A stretch of DNA of 64,000 nucleotides from Eledone cirrhosa (Eukaryota): contig OZ024741.1 of assembly GCA_964016885.1 (NCBI GenBank), positions 181,784,001-181,848,000 on the forward strand, in the 5' to 3' direction. Shown piece after piece: positions 28,015 through 45,317 of this stretch. Within the stretch, counting starts at the first letter, position 1. Every line of letters starts with the position of its first letter. Under the pieces are notes generated by a model. It was not told the origin of the DNA. It was given only the letters and a program-made list of their open reading frames with translations, and ran no database searches. A program made the translations under genes and the position numbers.

Positions 28015-28440
28015 AATGGCCATCCAAAATCACCGGGAGAAATGACCTCTGAGCCTTTGTCAAGGCAGAATTCTAGGAGAAGGAAAACTCTGATATAACA
28101 CCTGCAACTCTGATGGTATCCAATGATGTTGACTTGTTCTTCTTTTTGGTAAATATCATCTTGGTTAAGAGAGTGGGACTGGCTTTGTGCAGTGCCTTTG
28201 ATCACTATAAAAGCTTCACGGCACAGGCATTGCTTTATATCTGGAGATCTCTCTGCACTTGTCGTCACATGGTACCATGGGCCCAGCACTATGTGTCAAT
28301 AATTGTCACAAGTGTAGTGTTTGTACCAGAGTTTTCAAGTCGCTGGCTGGACTAAAAAGTCACACTCGTTCAGCGCATCGGTAGGGGTTCTCCTACAGGA
28401 TATAAAGTAGTGGCCGTACTCGAAAACGAGTTGGCAGCCA
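28015..28440 (+). mobile_element. Possible RTE-like 5' UTR fragment
   Basis: CTAGGAGAAGGAAAACTCTGAT resembles RTE 5' UTRs (from memory). It is a GC-richer island between microsatellites. Confidence 0.35.
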
Positions 28441-28488
28441 CCATATATATATAAATGTAAGTATATATAAATATGTACTGCATATATG

Positions 28489-28521
<33 letters not shown>

Positions 28522-28525
28522 CTAT

Positions 28526-28576
<51 letters not shown>

Positions 28577-29161
28577 AGAGGAAACGAGGAAAGAAGCGGC
28601 AAGAGGCGGAAAGAGAGTTATGCAGATAAGATATCTCTAACATTTTGGCAAAGTAAATTTCACCAATGAACAAACAATACATTCCAGTATAAGTTACTGC
28701 ATCAACGGTAGTAAAAGCTGTATACGTCATAATACGATTACGTCACATATGTCTATTGTTTCCTTTAACATTACATTGCTTTTATGCTTTTATTTTTTAA
28801 AAATCTATTTGATTCCTGTGTTGTTCTTACTCTCTTTTCTTCATTGCTCTCTACCTTCTTTCTCCAACCATTCTGCTTGATATTCTACCCATATTTGTTA
28901 CGTCATCGTCTTTGCAAGAAGTTTCCGTGATTTTTATCTATTTACGTCTTTGGGGAATTGTTGTATTTTGTATTCTTTTTATTAATTTTAACCGTTTGAT
29001 TCACTTCGAGATTACAAAAATTGCGACATTTTGCTATAGGAAGTGATTGAATAATGCCGCAAGTATTCATTGAATGAAGATATTGTGATACTAGTTCTAA
29101 GGAATCTTTAGCAAACTGAACACGAGCCCACACACGTACTTGCACCCTTACACCCCATATA

Positions 29162-29242
29162 CAGGGTGTCCCTCCAAAATGTATACTCACTTTGATCACA
29201 TGTACAGGCAACTTTGTGTATACATTCACGGGAGACACTCTG
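29162..29242. mobile_element. 81-bp Tc1/mariner-type MITE
   Basis: TA|CAGGGTGTCCCTCCAAAATGTATAC...GTATACATTCACGGGAGACACTCTG|TA. Confidence 0.8.
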
Positions 29243-29345
29243 TATATATATATATTTATACACATATATATATATATAGTAATAATAATAAATTTGAAGA
29301 TTAAGGGTGAAAGCAGCGATTCTTTGCTTAAACGTTAATCTGTTA

Positions 29346-29638
<293 letters not shown>

Positions 29639-29861
29639 TATATATATATATGAAAAACCACAGACCCTCCATCTCAACTCTACTTTTGAAAAGCAGAAGA
29701 CCTGCGAAACAGGTAAACGAACCAAATAATTATATATATTTTAAAAAAAAATAAGACTCCAGTTGTATTTTCGATTTCATCTCTTTTTCTTTATACTTTC
29801 ACTCATGTAGGACACCTCGGTTATTTTTCATTTTGTAAAAAAAACCTCACTTTCTAATATA

Positions 29862-29982
<121 letters not shown>

Positions 29983-30414
29983 GCTGGACCTTCAATCGAT
30001 CTTCAATCGATTCCAGTGATGAGTATTCGGTTGTTAAATCAACTGACAGTTCAAGCCGTGAATTAATAATTAAGTGCTTTTGTATTCCATATATTCGTGT
30101 AGACTTAACGTATTCTCCTTACGGAATCAGCGTGACATAATATATTTCACGGTTGTGCCTTAGAATTACTGAGACAATCGATCCGATTGTCTTCCATTTA
30201 GTTTCGATTAACTCAGTTTTACACACACACGATGCCATGGTGCGTCACATTGATTGCAAATTCTTCATCACTGGGCTATTGAAACGTCATATCGCGTATG
30301 TGGCTTAATAATTATTGCATTTGGCTCACGACCATGAGTTCGATTCTCGGACCGAGTAACACCTCGTGTCCTTGAGCACGTTGCTTTAGTTCACTCCCTG
30401 AGAGTTACATTAAA

Positions 30415-33900
<3,486 letters not shown>

Positions 33901-33903
<3 letters not shown>

Positions 33904-34089
33904 AATGAAGTAATTCCGTCGGAAAGGTTCAGGAAAAAAGAGTGTTCTATGTAGGTGACAAAGCTTATTTATGTATTAAACAACATAAGATGATTATTTC
34001 ATTTACCAGTGGTTTCTTGAAAGCAAATAAAATAAATGCTTTCAAGAAACCACTGGTAAATGAAATATTCATCTTATGTTGTTTATTAC

Positions 34090-34090
<1 letters not shown>
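33901..34090. mobile_element. Miniature fold-back element between (TA)n tracts
   Basis: Arms ~33971-34025 and ~34036-34090 are near-perfect. The arm contains GAAA-CCACTGG-TA. Confidence 0.75.
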
Positions 34091-34119
<29 letters not shown>

Positions 34120-34124
<5 letters not shown>

Positions 34125-37100
34125 TTACATGAATCAAAGTTCTGTTTAAATCATTTATTTGCTTACAATTGTTTCTTCCAAACCGAGGTTTGGGGTCTTC
34201 GGAGCAATTATTCAGTGATTTTTAACATACTTGACCTCCTTTTCAACACAAGAGACATATAGAAACATATGTATATATTGACCCACAGTGGGTTGACATC
34301 CATTATAATAATATAGCATGGTAATTTACATACAAAGATTACAGTCATATTAAAGGACAGAATTAAAATTAAAATAAAAATTAAAATTAAAATTAAAATA
34401 AAACATTGGCAGTTTACTAAGATAAAGCAAGAGGAAAGTTTGGAGTAGCCAGTGTATGCAACAGTCACGCGTGTGGCATGCACGCGTGTCCTATTTATAC
34501 AAGATTATAGTGCGGCAGATTGTTACATGTAAAACAAGCAGTCAAAGCAGGCAATTAAGAGAATCATGGGGCTGTACTGGTAAAGCATTATTCACACACA
34601 CCTGTACGATATAGAAGCCCGTGTGTAGAGAAACACCAAAAATATCAAAAATATTACAAATGAGAAGCAAAACAGCACCACTGTCCTCGTACACACCACC
34701 ACTCTCACAATCCAAGAAACGGAATTTATAGACTACATGTCCATCACACAATCCACGATGATTTAACATTGGGTGCCTGGTGAACCATGCTAGAACATCA
34801 CAGCTTGTCGTTTTTTAATTCGATTCTATAGAGCAGGTTGTATTTGTTGTGAGAGTTGACATCGTATTATATTCCGGAAGTGTGTGTGTGATTAAGGGGA
34901 GTTAATGCGTAAGGGGAGGTAACTATCTGATTTCTATAGCTAAATTTATTATCCTAAAGTACATTAATGGTGTCTCAAATGAGTTCCTATCATATAAGGT
35001 TATAAACAATTTCTAAATTTAAGTATCTTATCTATAAATTACAGTGTAGTCTATCAAGAAGTACTAAAGGTGTTCATATTAGGATGATTACCTTCTATCT
35101 TAGAGTGCCACCACCCAATATTCCACATGAAGAGTCAGATCTCCAAATCAATGATCTTTGTAAGTGTAGTCCACTCGTAGAACCTGGCAGGGTCTTATTA
35201 GAATCACTTCTATATATGACTCCTGGTAAGCTCTGGGTCATTGCATGTCTGATTGCATGGCAAAGTTAAATATCACTAGGGTAGTCCAGAGATCAATTCT
35301 CACCTACAAAGACACTAATCTGACCATCAAGTCATACATGTATTAATAACTCATACATCACCTGTACATAATTCATTGCACTCAGCATATAGATTATATA
35401 GCTCTTTTATGTTAATAAATTAATTATTTAATCTTTCATTTATCCAATGATGGCACTATATACACAGGAAAATGTTAGCACAACCAATTCCTTGCTTAAA
35501 GTTTACATTAATTATATATTGGTGTAATGTAGTCTAAACAATTGAAGGCCAATATACCAAAAGTAGAAGTACATGTGGATATCTCTAGGGTAAAAGGTAC
35601 TAGGAGGATGTCACTATTTGCGTTAAAGTGGATTAATGGGTGTGGAGATGAGGTGTAAGGTGTGCCCCTGATGAAAGAACTAGAAAACTATTGCACAAGA
35701 CATTCAAAAACTATAACCTTAGTATTACGATGGACAAAAACACTAAAAACGTTAACTTCCTGGACGCCACCCTCTACCTAGACTCAAAGATATTCCACAA
35801 ACCTAATGAAAAACTCATTTACGTAGATACCAAGTCTAACCACCCTAGATCTATATTAAACTCTATCTCTAAGGGAGTATCTAATAGAATCTCTAATCTA
35901 TCCTATGACGTAAACATATTTAGCAAAAACTCGCAATATTATAATCAGGCATTAGCTAGATCAGGCCATAATATAGAGATCGAGTTCCTACCTACAAAAC
36001 ACATAGCTACAACATTATTTCGCACAACATGTCCACGAGGAAATTTAGTAATAGGAATACCAACCACACACACACTAATACGGAGGATGCCAACAAAAGT
36101 AACCCACACCACAGAAATTACCATAGTACCATAAATGGAAACAACTCACCAGACATAAAAAACAAAAATAGAAGAAGAAATAATACATTTTTCAACCCTC
36201 CTTTCAACCTAAACGTCTCTACCAACCTACCTAGGGCTTTCTTCTCACTACTAGATAAAAACATCCCATCCGGCCACAAGTACCATAGCCTTTTAAACAA
36301 AAACACTATTAAAATATCCTACTCTACTACGCCTAACATAGCATACCACATAGATAGTAGCAATAAAAGAAAAAATAATTCTTACTTCCATCAAACTAAA
36401 TCACAACAGACGATAAACCTTCAAAATAACATTATAGCAACTAACCCTAATATCAATAGAAATAATAGTAATAGCACTAGTGTAAACAATAACGCTGGGA
36501 ACGTCAACCCATATAACCATAACCCTATAGCTACCATCCAGACTTCTACACAACATAATAACCAGCAGACTAACACCCAGAATAATTGTAACTTTAGATA
36601 AAAAATGCTTAACCAAGGATATCTCATGCACAGTCACAACTAGCAACTCTTCTGAAACCTATATAGGCTCTACTTCAAACTGCTTCAAAACCAGATACAA
36701 TTCGCACCTCCACTCTTTCAAAAAACACAGTCTAGCCAACTTCACTTCACTATCTAGCTACATACACTATCTAAAAACTAAAAATAAACCATATACACTT
36801 AAATGGGAAGTGATAGGTAACGCGACATCGTACAAACCACCTAATACATTTTGTAACCTCTGTCTACTAGAGACCCATACTATCATCTTCTCAAACCATA
36901 ACCTCCTTAATAAAAAATCATAAGTGTTCGCGACTTGCCAACACCGCTTCCGACACTCCTTCCAAAACTTTAAACCCTTAATATAAAACAATGTCAGACT
37001 TGAACCCGTCACCACCTCTAGCAGCAATCATCAGGGGCACACCTTACACCTCATCTCCACACCCATTAATCCACTTTAACGCAAATAGTGACATCCTCCT

Positions 37101-38582
37101 AGTACCTTTTACCCTAGAGATATCCACATGTACTTCTACTTTTGGTATATTGGCCTTCAATTGTTTAGACTACATTACACCAATATATAATTAATGTAAA
37201 CTTTAAGCAAGGAATTGGTTGTGCTAACATTTTCCTGTGTATATAGTGCCATCATTGGATAAATGAAAGATTAAATAATTAATTTATTAACATAAAAGAG
37301 CTATATAATCTATATGCTGAGTGCAATGAATTATGTACAGGTGATGTATGAGTTATTAATACATGTATGACTTGATGGTCAGATTAGTGTCTTTGTAGGT
37401 GAGAATTGATCTCTGGACTACCCTAGTGATATTTAACTTTGCCATGCAATCAGACATGCAATGACCCAGAGCTTACCAGGAGTCATATATAGAAGTGATT
37501 CTAATAAGACCCTGCCAGGTTCTACGAGTGGACTACACTTACAAAGATCATTGATTTGGAGATCTGACTCTTCATGTGGAATATTGGGTGGTGGCACTCT
37601 AAGATAGAAGGTAATCATCCTAATATGAACACCTTTAGTACTTCTTGATAGACTACACTGTAATTTATAGATAAGATACTTAAATTTAGAAATTGTTTAT
37701 AACCTTATATGATAGGAACTCATTTGAGACACCATTAATGTACTTTAGGATAATAAATTTAGCTATAGAAATCAGATAGTTACCTCCCCTTACGCATTAA
37801 CTCCCCTTAATCACACACACACTTCCGGAATATAATACGATGTCAACTCTCACAACAAATACAACCTGCTCTATAGAATCGAATTAAAAAACGACAAGCT
37901 GTGATGTTCTAGCATGGTTCACCAGGCACCCAATGTTAAATCATCGTGGATTGTGTGATGGACATGTAGTCTATAAATTCCGTTTCCTGGATTGCGAGAG
38001 TGGTGGTGTGTACGAGGACAGTGGTGCTGTTTTGCTTCTCATTTGTAATATTTTTGATATTTTTGGTGTTTCTCTACACACGGGCTTCTATATCGTACAG
38101 GTGTGTGTGAATAATGCTTTACCAGTACAGCCCCATGATGCTCTTAATTGCCTGCTTTGACTGCTTGTTTTACATGTAACAATCTGCCGCACTATAATCT
38201 TGTATAAATAGGACACGCGTGCATGCCACACGCGTGACTGTTGCATACACTGGCTACTCCAAACTTTCCTCTTGCTTTATCTTAGTAAACTGCCAATGTT
38301 TTATTTTAATTTTAATTTTAATTTTAATTTTAACTTTAATTTTGTCCTTTAATATGACTGTAATCTTTGTATGTAAATTACCATGCTATATTATTATAAT
38401 GGATGTCAACCCACTGTGGGTCAATATATACATATGTTTCTATATGTCTCTTGTGTTGAAAAGGAGGTCAAGTATGTTAAAAATCACTGAATAATTGCTC
38501 CGAAGACCCCAAACCTCGGTTTGGAAGAAACAATTGTAAGCAAATAAATGATTTAAACAGAACTTTGATTCATATAATCTCT
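34120..38582 (+). mobile_element. 5'-truncated PLE flanked by ~1.55-kb inverted repeats (34120-35674 and 37028-38582)
   Basis: The ORF track shows mirrored near-identical ORFs. Spacer 35675-37027 encodes frameshifted FLDATL, SNHP, FFNPPF, CNF, YIGSTS..FKTRYNSH and CNLCLLE. Confidence 0.93.
38495..38543 (+). ncRNA. Minimal type-I hammerhead, U4C core variant (mirror copy at 34159-34207, minus strand)
   Basis: TTGCT-CCGAAGA-ccCCAAACC-TC-GGTTTGGaa-GAAA-CAATTG-TA-AGCAA. Confidence 0.75.
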
Positions 38583-38726
38583 ATATAACTGCTCTGTAAA
38601 ACAACTGATGTTGTTACATTGAGCTATTTATCTTACTGGTAATAAGATAGTAATAAATTACTGTCTTTCACTATTTAGGGTATAAAATATATATAACTAT
38701 AAAAGGTTTTAGTATATACATAACCA

Positions 38727-38945
38727 TAAATAGTATCCTTAATACTATATATATATATATAGTATTAAGGATACTATTTCAATGGCTATAATCGAAATAT
38801 ATATAGCAGTAAATATAGGATTATTAATTCATGCAATTGACTTATGTTTCGTCACTATATATATATATAGTGACGAAACATAAGTCAATTGCATGAACTC
38901 ATAATCCTTTATTTACTGCTATATATATTTCGATGATAGCCATTG
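38727..38945. repeat. Two adjacent palindromes, each centred on a short (TA)n
   Basis: AAATAGTATCCTTAATAC-(TA)n-GTATTAAGGATACTATTT, then ~38778-38855 / ~38870-38945 reverse complements. Confidence 0.9.
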
Positions 38946-38970
38946 AATGGCTATGACCTCATCAGGCAGT
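38915..38970 (-). ncRNA. Canonical minimal type-I hammerhead
   Basis: Minus strand: ACTGC-CTGATGA-GGTCATAGCCAT-TCA-ATGGCTATCATC-GAAA-TATATA-TA-GCAGT. Confidence 0.85.
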
Positions 38971-39250
38971 TAGTCAGTTCTTAGATATGCCAGCTCTGTG
39001 TTTATAGTGTTGATGGTATCAGAGCCTTGGAACATATGAGCTTGTTAGGAACAATTTAATGTTGTCAGCAGGAATAGTCTTGATTCTCATTGGTCAGTTT
39101 GTAGATGGTAGTAGGGTTGGTATTTGACCTCAAAGAGGCAGGTGGTGTTGTAAAGTTCAAACCGTCCGGCAAGATGACAATAGTTCCATATGACTGATTT
39201 TCACAAAAAGCATTCCTGGTCAGATATATATTAAATTAAGGTTAATAGTA

Positions 39251-39401
<151 letters not shown>

Positions 39402-39413
39402 TGTATATATATA

Positions 39414-39763
39414 TACCACTCTCCTCGAACAGATGTTCCAACTCCTCTCGCTTCTCCAGCGTCCGAATAGTCCTCACATTCAAAGTGCCCATTTTGATGG
39501 CTCTTCTGCAGGACAAAACTGACACAGAGGAGACTGAGGTTAGCTGGACATGCTCACCGACATCCACAGTTGACATTGCACGCAGTGCTCCTGTGGGAGC
39601 TCCTGCATGATCACACTGGAAGAGGAAGACCGAGGTTAACATATGTTGATGCCCTAAGAACAGACACTGGTCTGTTGGAGACGCAGGAAATGGCAGCGAT
39701 AATGAGGAACAGAGACCGCTGGAAAGAACTCGTCCATGGATCTCGGGAATTTTACCCACCCTA
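39414..39763. mobile_element. RTE-like LINE remnant: inverted APE N-terminus fused to the ORF C-terminus/3' end, in (TA)n
   Basis: Minus strand 39414-~39508: [21 protein letters not shown]. Plus strand ~39510-39763: [32 protein letters not shown], followed by stop and (TA)n. Confidence 0.85.
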
Positions 39764-39812
39764 GATATATATATATATACATATATATATATACATACAT
39801 ACTTATACATAC

Positions 39813-39850
<38 letters not shown>

Positions 39851-40210
39851 TAGAAGGGGTATTTAATTTGTTGGAAGCCCGACAAATATAAATGTTTATA
39901 ACTGATTTAGAGCACTCAACAGTTTAGTGGAGTAAATATTCAATGATATTAAATAAATGGAAACTATATTTATAAAACCATATTTATTTTATTATATATA
40001 TTTCAAGGGTACCAAGACACATTGGTACGCTTTCCTCAGATAAAATACAAAGTTTGTTTTATAAATAGAGACATACCCATGAAAATCATACATCATCGGT
40101 TGGATATTCACTGGATAGTGAATATCCAACCGATATATATATATAGCTAAGGATACGCTAAGGTGAAACAATTGTTCTCGATATGGTGAACTAACTATTG
40201 TGTAACCACA

Positions 40211-40272
<62 letters not shown>

Positions 40273-40365
40273 TTTTGAGTTTATGTTGGTTGTATACCAA
40301 CACCTCAGTATGCAGGCTGGAGCACTCGACGAAGTGCGCAGGTTGGTTTGGTTACTCCGGAGTAG

Positions 40366-40773
<408 letters not shown>

Positions 40774-42670
40774 AATATATACGTACATACATATATATAT
40801 ATGTGTGTGTGTGTATATATATATATATTGAAAATAAGGGGCACAGAGGACAAAGGCAACTGGCGAAAGCAACGGAAAGACGGACATGCCTATCTCAGTC
40901 TACCTCTGGAAATCATTTCGGTTTCGGTTTATTAAGCTAGATACCGTTCATTACAGTGCACTTTGGGACATAACAAAATAGGTAGAGACAAGTTATGCTT
41001 TTAGGTGAACTACACAAATATAGATGAAAACTTATTCCAAGGGCATCAACTGGCAAAGGAGAGAGAGAACGGTGTGCGAGGGTTTAGCCAAAGGAAAACA
41101 AATATAGAAAGAAAAGGAATAGTAAAACAGAAAAATGTTATGGACTCTTGTCCAACGTGCAGACAAAGAACAATGACTCTGAAACATAGAAAATCACTAT
41201 TGTTCTTGTTTTGGTATTGTCCTTTATGTTTCGGCCTTAGTGACCGATAAAGTAATAATAACAATACAGCGTTCTGTGCCTTGAGTATGTGCAGAGTTGC
41301 TTTTGTTGTTATTCCTATTCTATTGAGAGTACTATTCGTAATAGGTGTTCAGTGCATAGTGACGCAAATTTATGTAAGTTGTAAGTTCCGAGGATTATGT
41401 ATCTGTCCGTGTCTATGTTTTACAATTCCTAGACCACCTATAATTATATAGATTGTTTCTGTTTCCATCAACCACATTCGAGTTATTTCTATATCCAGAT
41501 GATTATATTTGGATAATCTCTCAATTTCTTTGAGAGATTATCCAAATCTTTGTTGAGTGATTCGTCAATTATTATACAAGACATTCCTTTTTTTGTGATC
41601 TTTGACTCCATTATCTCTGTCGAGTGGCGTCAATGTGTGTATTCGCATATCCCAGAGTGTGGTGGCCTTGTCATTCGCTGATACATTTTCTGGAGTGTTC
41701 CTATACCACCACATTTATGTTGGTATTTCATAATGCCAGCATAATCTCCAGTGTATTTAAGCCCCATCCCAGCTATGTCTGTGGATATAGTTTTTGGCTA
41801 AGACTGGACATTCAAAGACAATGTGGTGATTGTTTCATTCCTTTTTCACATATTCTGCAGGGACTGTTTTCTGCTTTATTATATACGTTTTATGGGAAGG
41901 TTTTGATCTTGTGCTGCAATCTAGAATATTACAGGTTCGGCCTTTCTCATATTTAATAGTTTTCATTGACTTGCGCAGAGAGCAGGTCTGGTTGCAATTT
42001 ATCAGATGCGATTTTCTACATCTCAAATCCCTGACGGAGCTGCAGTCCTGGGTGAAGAAAAGGCCAAGGCACAAGGCAGGGTACCTGACATCTGGATTAT
42101 CGTCGGGCACTGCGATAGTCGGATATTCCACATTACCAATTTATAGAGGATTAGTGGCGGAAAAGTGTGACGACGTTCTCGCGGAAGTTATGAGTGTCGA
42201 CAAGAACGAACTGGATGGAGGACTTTAGCCCAGAACTATGGATAATTTCCCGAAATATCATACCTGGTGGTGCTACCCAGGGCGTTTCTAGGTCGAGATA
42301 AACTCTGCATACATGCAGATGAGACTGTACAAGATGTGCGCAGAGCGATGAAACTGTTCTGCATGCACACGTTCAAAGTCCGCGCTTTGGTAACTTGTAG
42401 AATTATGTTGAACAGCTGGCGTCGCATGTAGGTCTGGTCCAGTTATCAACATCTTTACATCATAAAGATCGTCTAAATATCTCTTGATGAAATTTGTTTT
42501 TCATTTTGTTATGCAGTGTAATTATTATTATCGTTACTTATATCACTTATCAAGAATCGCACGCAGTGAGAAGGTTTTATAAGCGATGGATTGAATTCTA
42601 AGCTTCGTTTCAATACACAGACACACGCGCGCGAGCACACACTCATACACACACATGCATAAATACATAC

Positions 42671-42725
<55 letters not shown>

Positions 42726-42842
42726 GACCAAATTCCAAAGAGTACTCGATAAGGGTTGCATATGAATATACAAGTATATTTAAACCCGTAGAACAAAGGG
42801 TGAGAGAAGAAAATTCATTGTTGAAATCTTTAATCTATACTA

Positions 42843-42896
<54 letters not shown>

Positions 42897-43129
42897 CGTT
42901 TCTGAATTTGTTTAGCAAGATTCTTTATCTGAAAACGTGTGTTGAAACAGATATTTTTATACTTTGGGAGGGTCATGTTGCCAATAAGAAACACACGCAC
43001 CAGTTGATTTCACTTCAATTTATTATAAGTTTATAAATTTCCGGTTAGTTGGTTGGTTCCACAACCAGATGGTTGTTTATATATTGTCAAAGTTCTTTCG
43101 TCACACATTCTGTGACCTCTTCCGTGACC

Positions 43130-43502
43130 GTATATAGTAATAATAATAAATTTGAAGACTAAAATCCAAAGAGGGTTCGATAAAGATAAATATATATCAA
43201 ATATATAAGAACCGTAGAGCAAATATTTATTAAAATAACAGATTAAAATTTAAGCAAAGAATCGCTGCTTTCACCTTTAGCGGGATCTTCTGAAACTAAC
43301 AAAGTCAATCTGTGAACGCAGAAGTGGATATTTCAAAAAATGTTGCAACCGGAGGAAGACAGGAAGACGATACTTTGATTCGTGGAAACGTTCCCTGGCA
43401 AAGAACGAAAAAAAACGAATATAATACGTCATTAGTTGGAGCGGTGAAAAACAATTACGCGCAAAGACAGAACCACGTTTATGGTATAAATGAAGTCGTA
43501 GA

Positions 43503-43576
<74 letters not shown>

Positions 43577-43661
43577 TATGTATATAAATCAAGTCTGACA
43601 AACCACCCTAGCTAACCTAGTCCTTACGATTCGAACACATGTATGTTTATATTAGTGTTCA

Positions 43662-43732
<71 letters not shown>

Positions 43733-44120
43733 TAAAATAACAGATTAAAGTTTAAGCAAAGAATCGCTGCTTTCACCCTTAACGGGATCTTCTGAAACTA
43801 ACAAAGTCAATCTGTGAACGTTGAAGTGAATATTTCAAAAAACATTGCAACTGGAGGAAAACAGGAAGACGATACTTTGGTTCGTGGAAACGTTCCCTGG
43901 CAAAGAACGGGAAAAAACGAATAATACGTCATTATTTGGAGCAGTGAAAAACAATTACACGCAAAGACAAACCCACGTTTATGGTATAAAAGAAGTCGTA
44001 GACTAATATTCTCTTAGGTGGTTCATAGAGACATTCTCTGGCAATGAAAGGAAACAAACGAAGATAATACGTCATATGTGGAGCGTGGAGAACAATTGCA
44101 CGCAAAGACAAAACCACGTA
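43130..44120 (-). repeat. Dispersed (TA)n-associated repeat family, tandem partial copies (~43225-43507, ~43728-44120; also ~27465-27578, ~27655-27745 and ~29275-29352)
   Basis: Shared ATTAAAATAACAGATTAA..TTTAAGCAAAGAATCGCTGCTTTCACC..AACGGGATCTTCTGAAACTAA. Confidence 0.8.
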
Positions 44121-44709
44121 GACAACATTCTAACTAGGAAACAGAATGATTCTCGGCTTAAGAGTTAAGAATAAAGTAAATAAAATACAGAGGTTATTCA
44201 AGTTAAATAAATACATACACGCATCCATATACGTACATACACAAGCATACGCGAAAACACTCGTCATAGGTATACTAATACACGCACGTACACCCCCACC
44301 CCCACCCCCCAAAAAAACGCACGCACATACAGAACCCACGCAACGCCTGTACCCGCACACATACGAATGTATACACCAAATACACATAAAAATATATATA
44401 AAAAAAAATATATATATATATATGTGTGTGTGTGTGCCTATATACATATAATTAAATAAACGTATATAAATAAATAAATACGTATATAACAAGCGCACAC
44501 ACAAACCTACATGTGAATACACATATGTTCGGAGACGAACGTCAACTAAAACACAAAGTACACATATACACACACCCTACATACGTACAAACCCGCATAC
44601 TCACACAGACGCAAAACTCACATATACACATAACCAAAATCATATGTACCAGAATATATAATATATACGCCATAACATATACAATCAAATATACGTACAT
44701 ATATATGTA

Positions 44710-44802
<93 letters not shown>

Positions 44803-44823
44803 ATATATATATATGTATATATG

Positions 44824-44858
<35 letters not shown>

Positions 44859-44867
44859 GTATATATA

Positions 44868-44978
44868 TAGAGAGATTACATGAATCAAAGTTCTGTTTAA
44901 ATCATTTATTTGCTTACAATTGTTTCTTCCAAACCGAGGTTTGGAGTCTTCGGGGCAAGCAATTATTCAGTGATTTTT

Positions 44979-44982
<4 letters not shown>
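44868..44982 (-). mobile_element. ~115-bp solo hammerhead + tail of the 34120-38582 PLE family, in (TA)n
   Basis: Nearly identical to 34118-34228 and flanked by long (TA)n on both sides. Confidence 0.9.
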
Positions 44983-45046
<64 letters not shown>

Positions 45047-45059
45047 TATATATATGTAC

Positions 45060-45239
<180 letters not shown>

Positions 45240-45254
45240 TATATACATATATAT

Positions 45255-45317
<63 letters not shown>

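Noticed and set aside
34208-38494. Mirrored ORF pairs (MHATRV.., MLNHRG.., MITFYL..) as duplicated genes
   Set aside because: They are chance ORFs inside the inverted pLTR arms and carry no protein motifs.
41250-42450. Possible additional decayed retroelement
   Set aside because: Only vague motif echoes were seen, too degraded to assign by eye.
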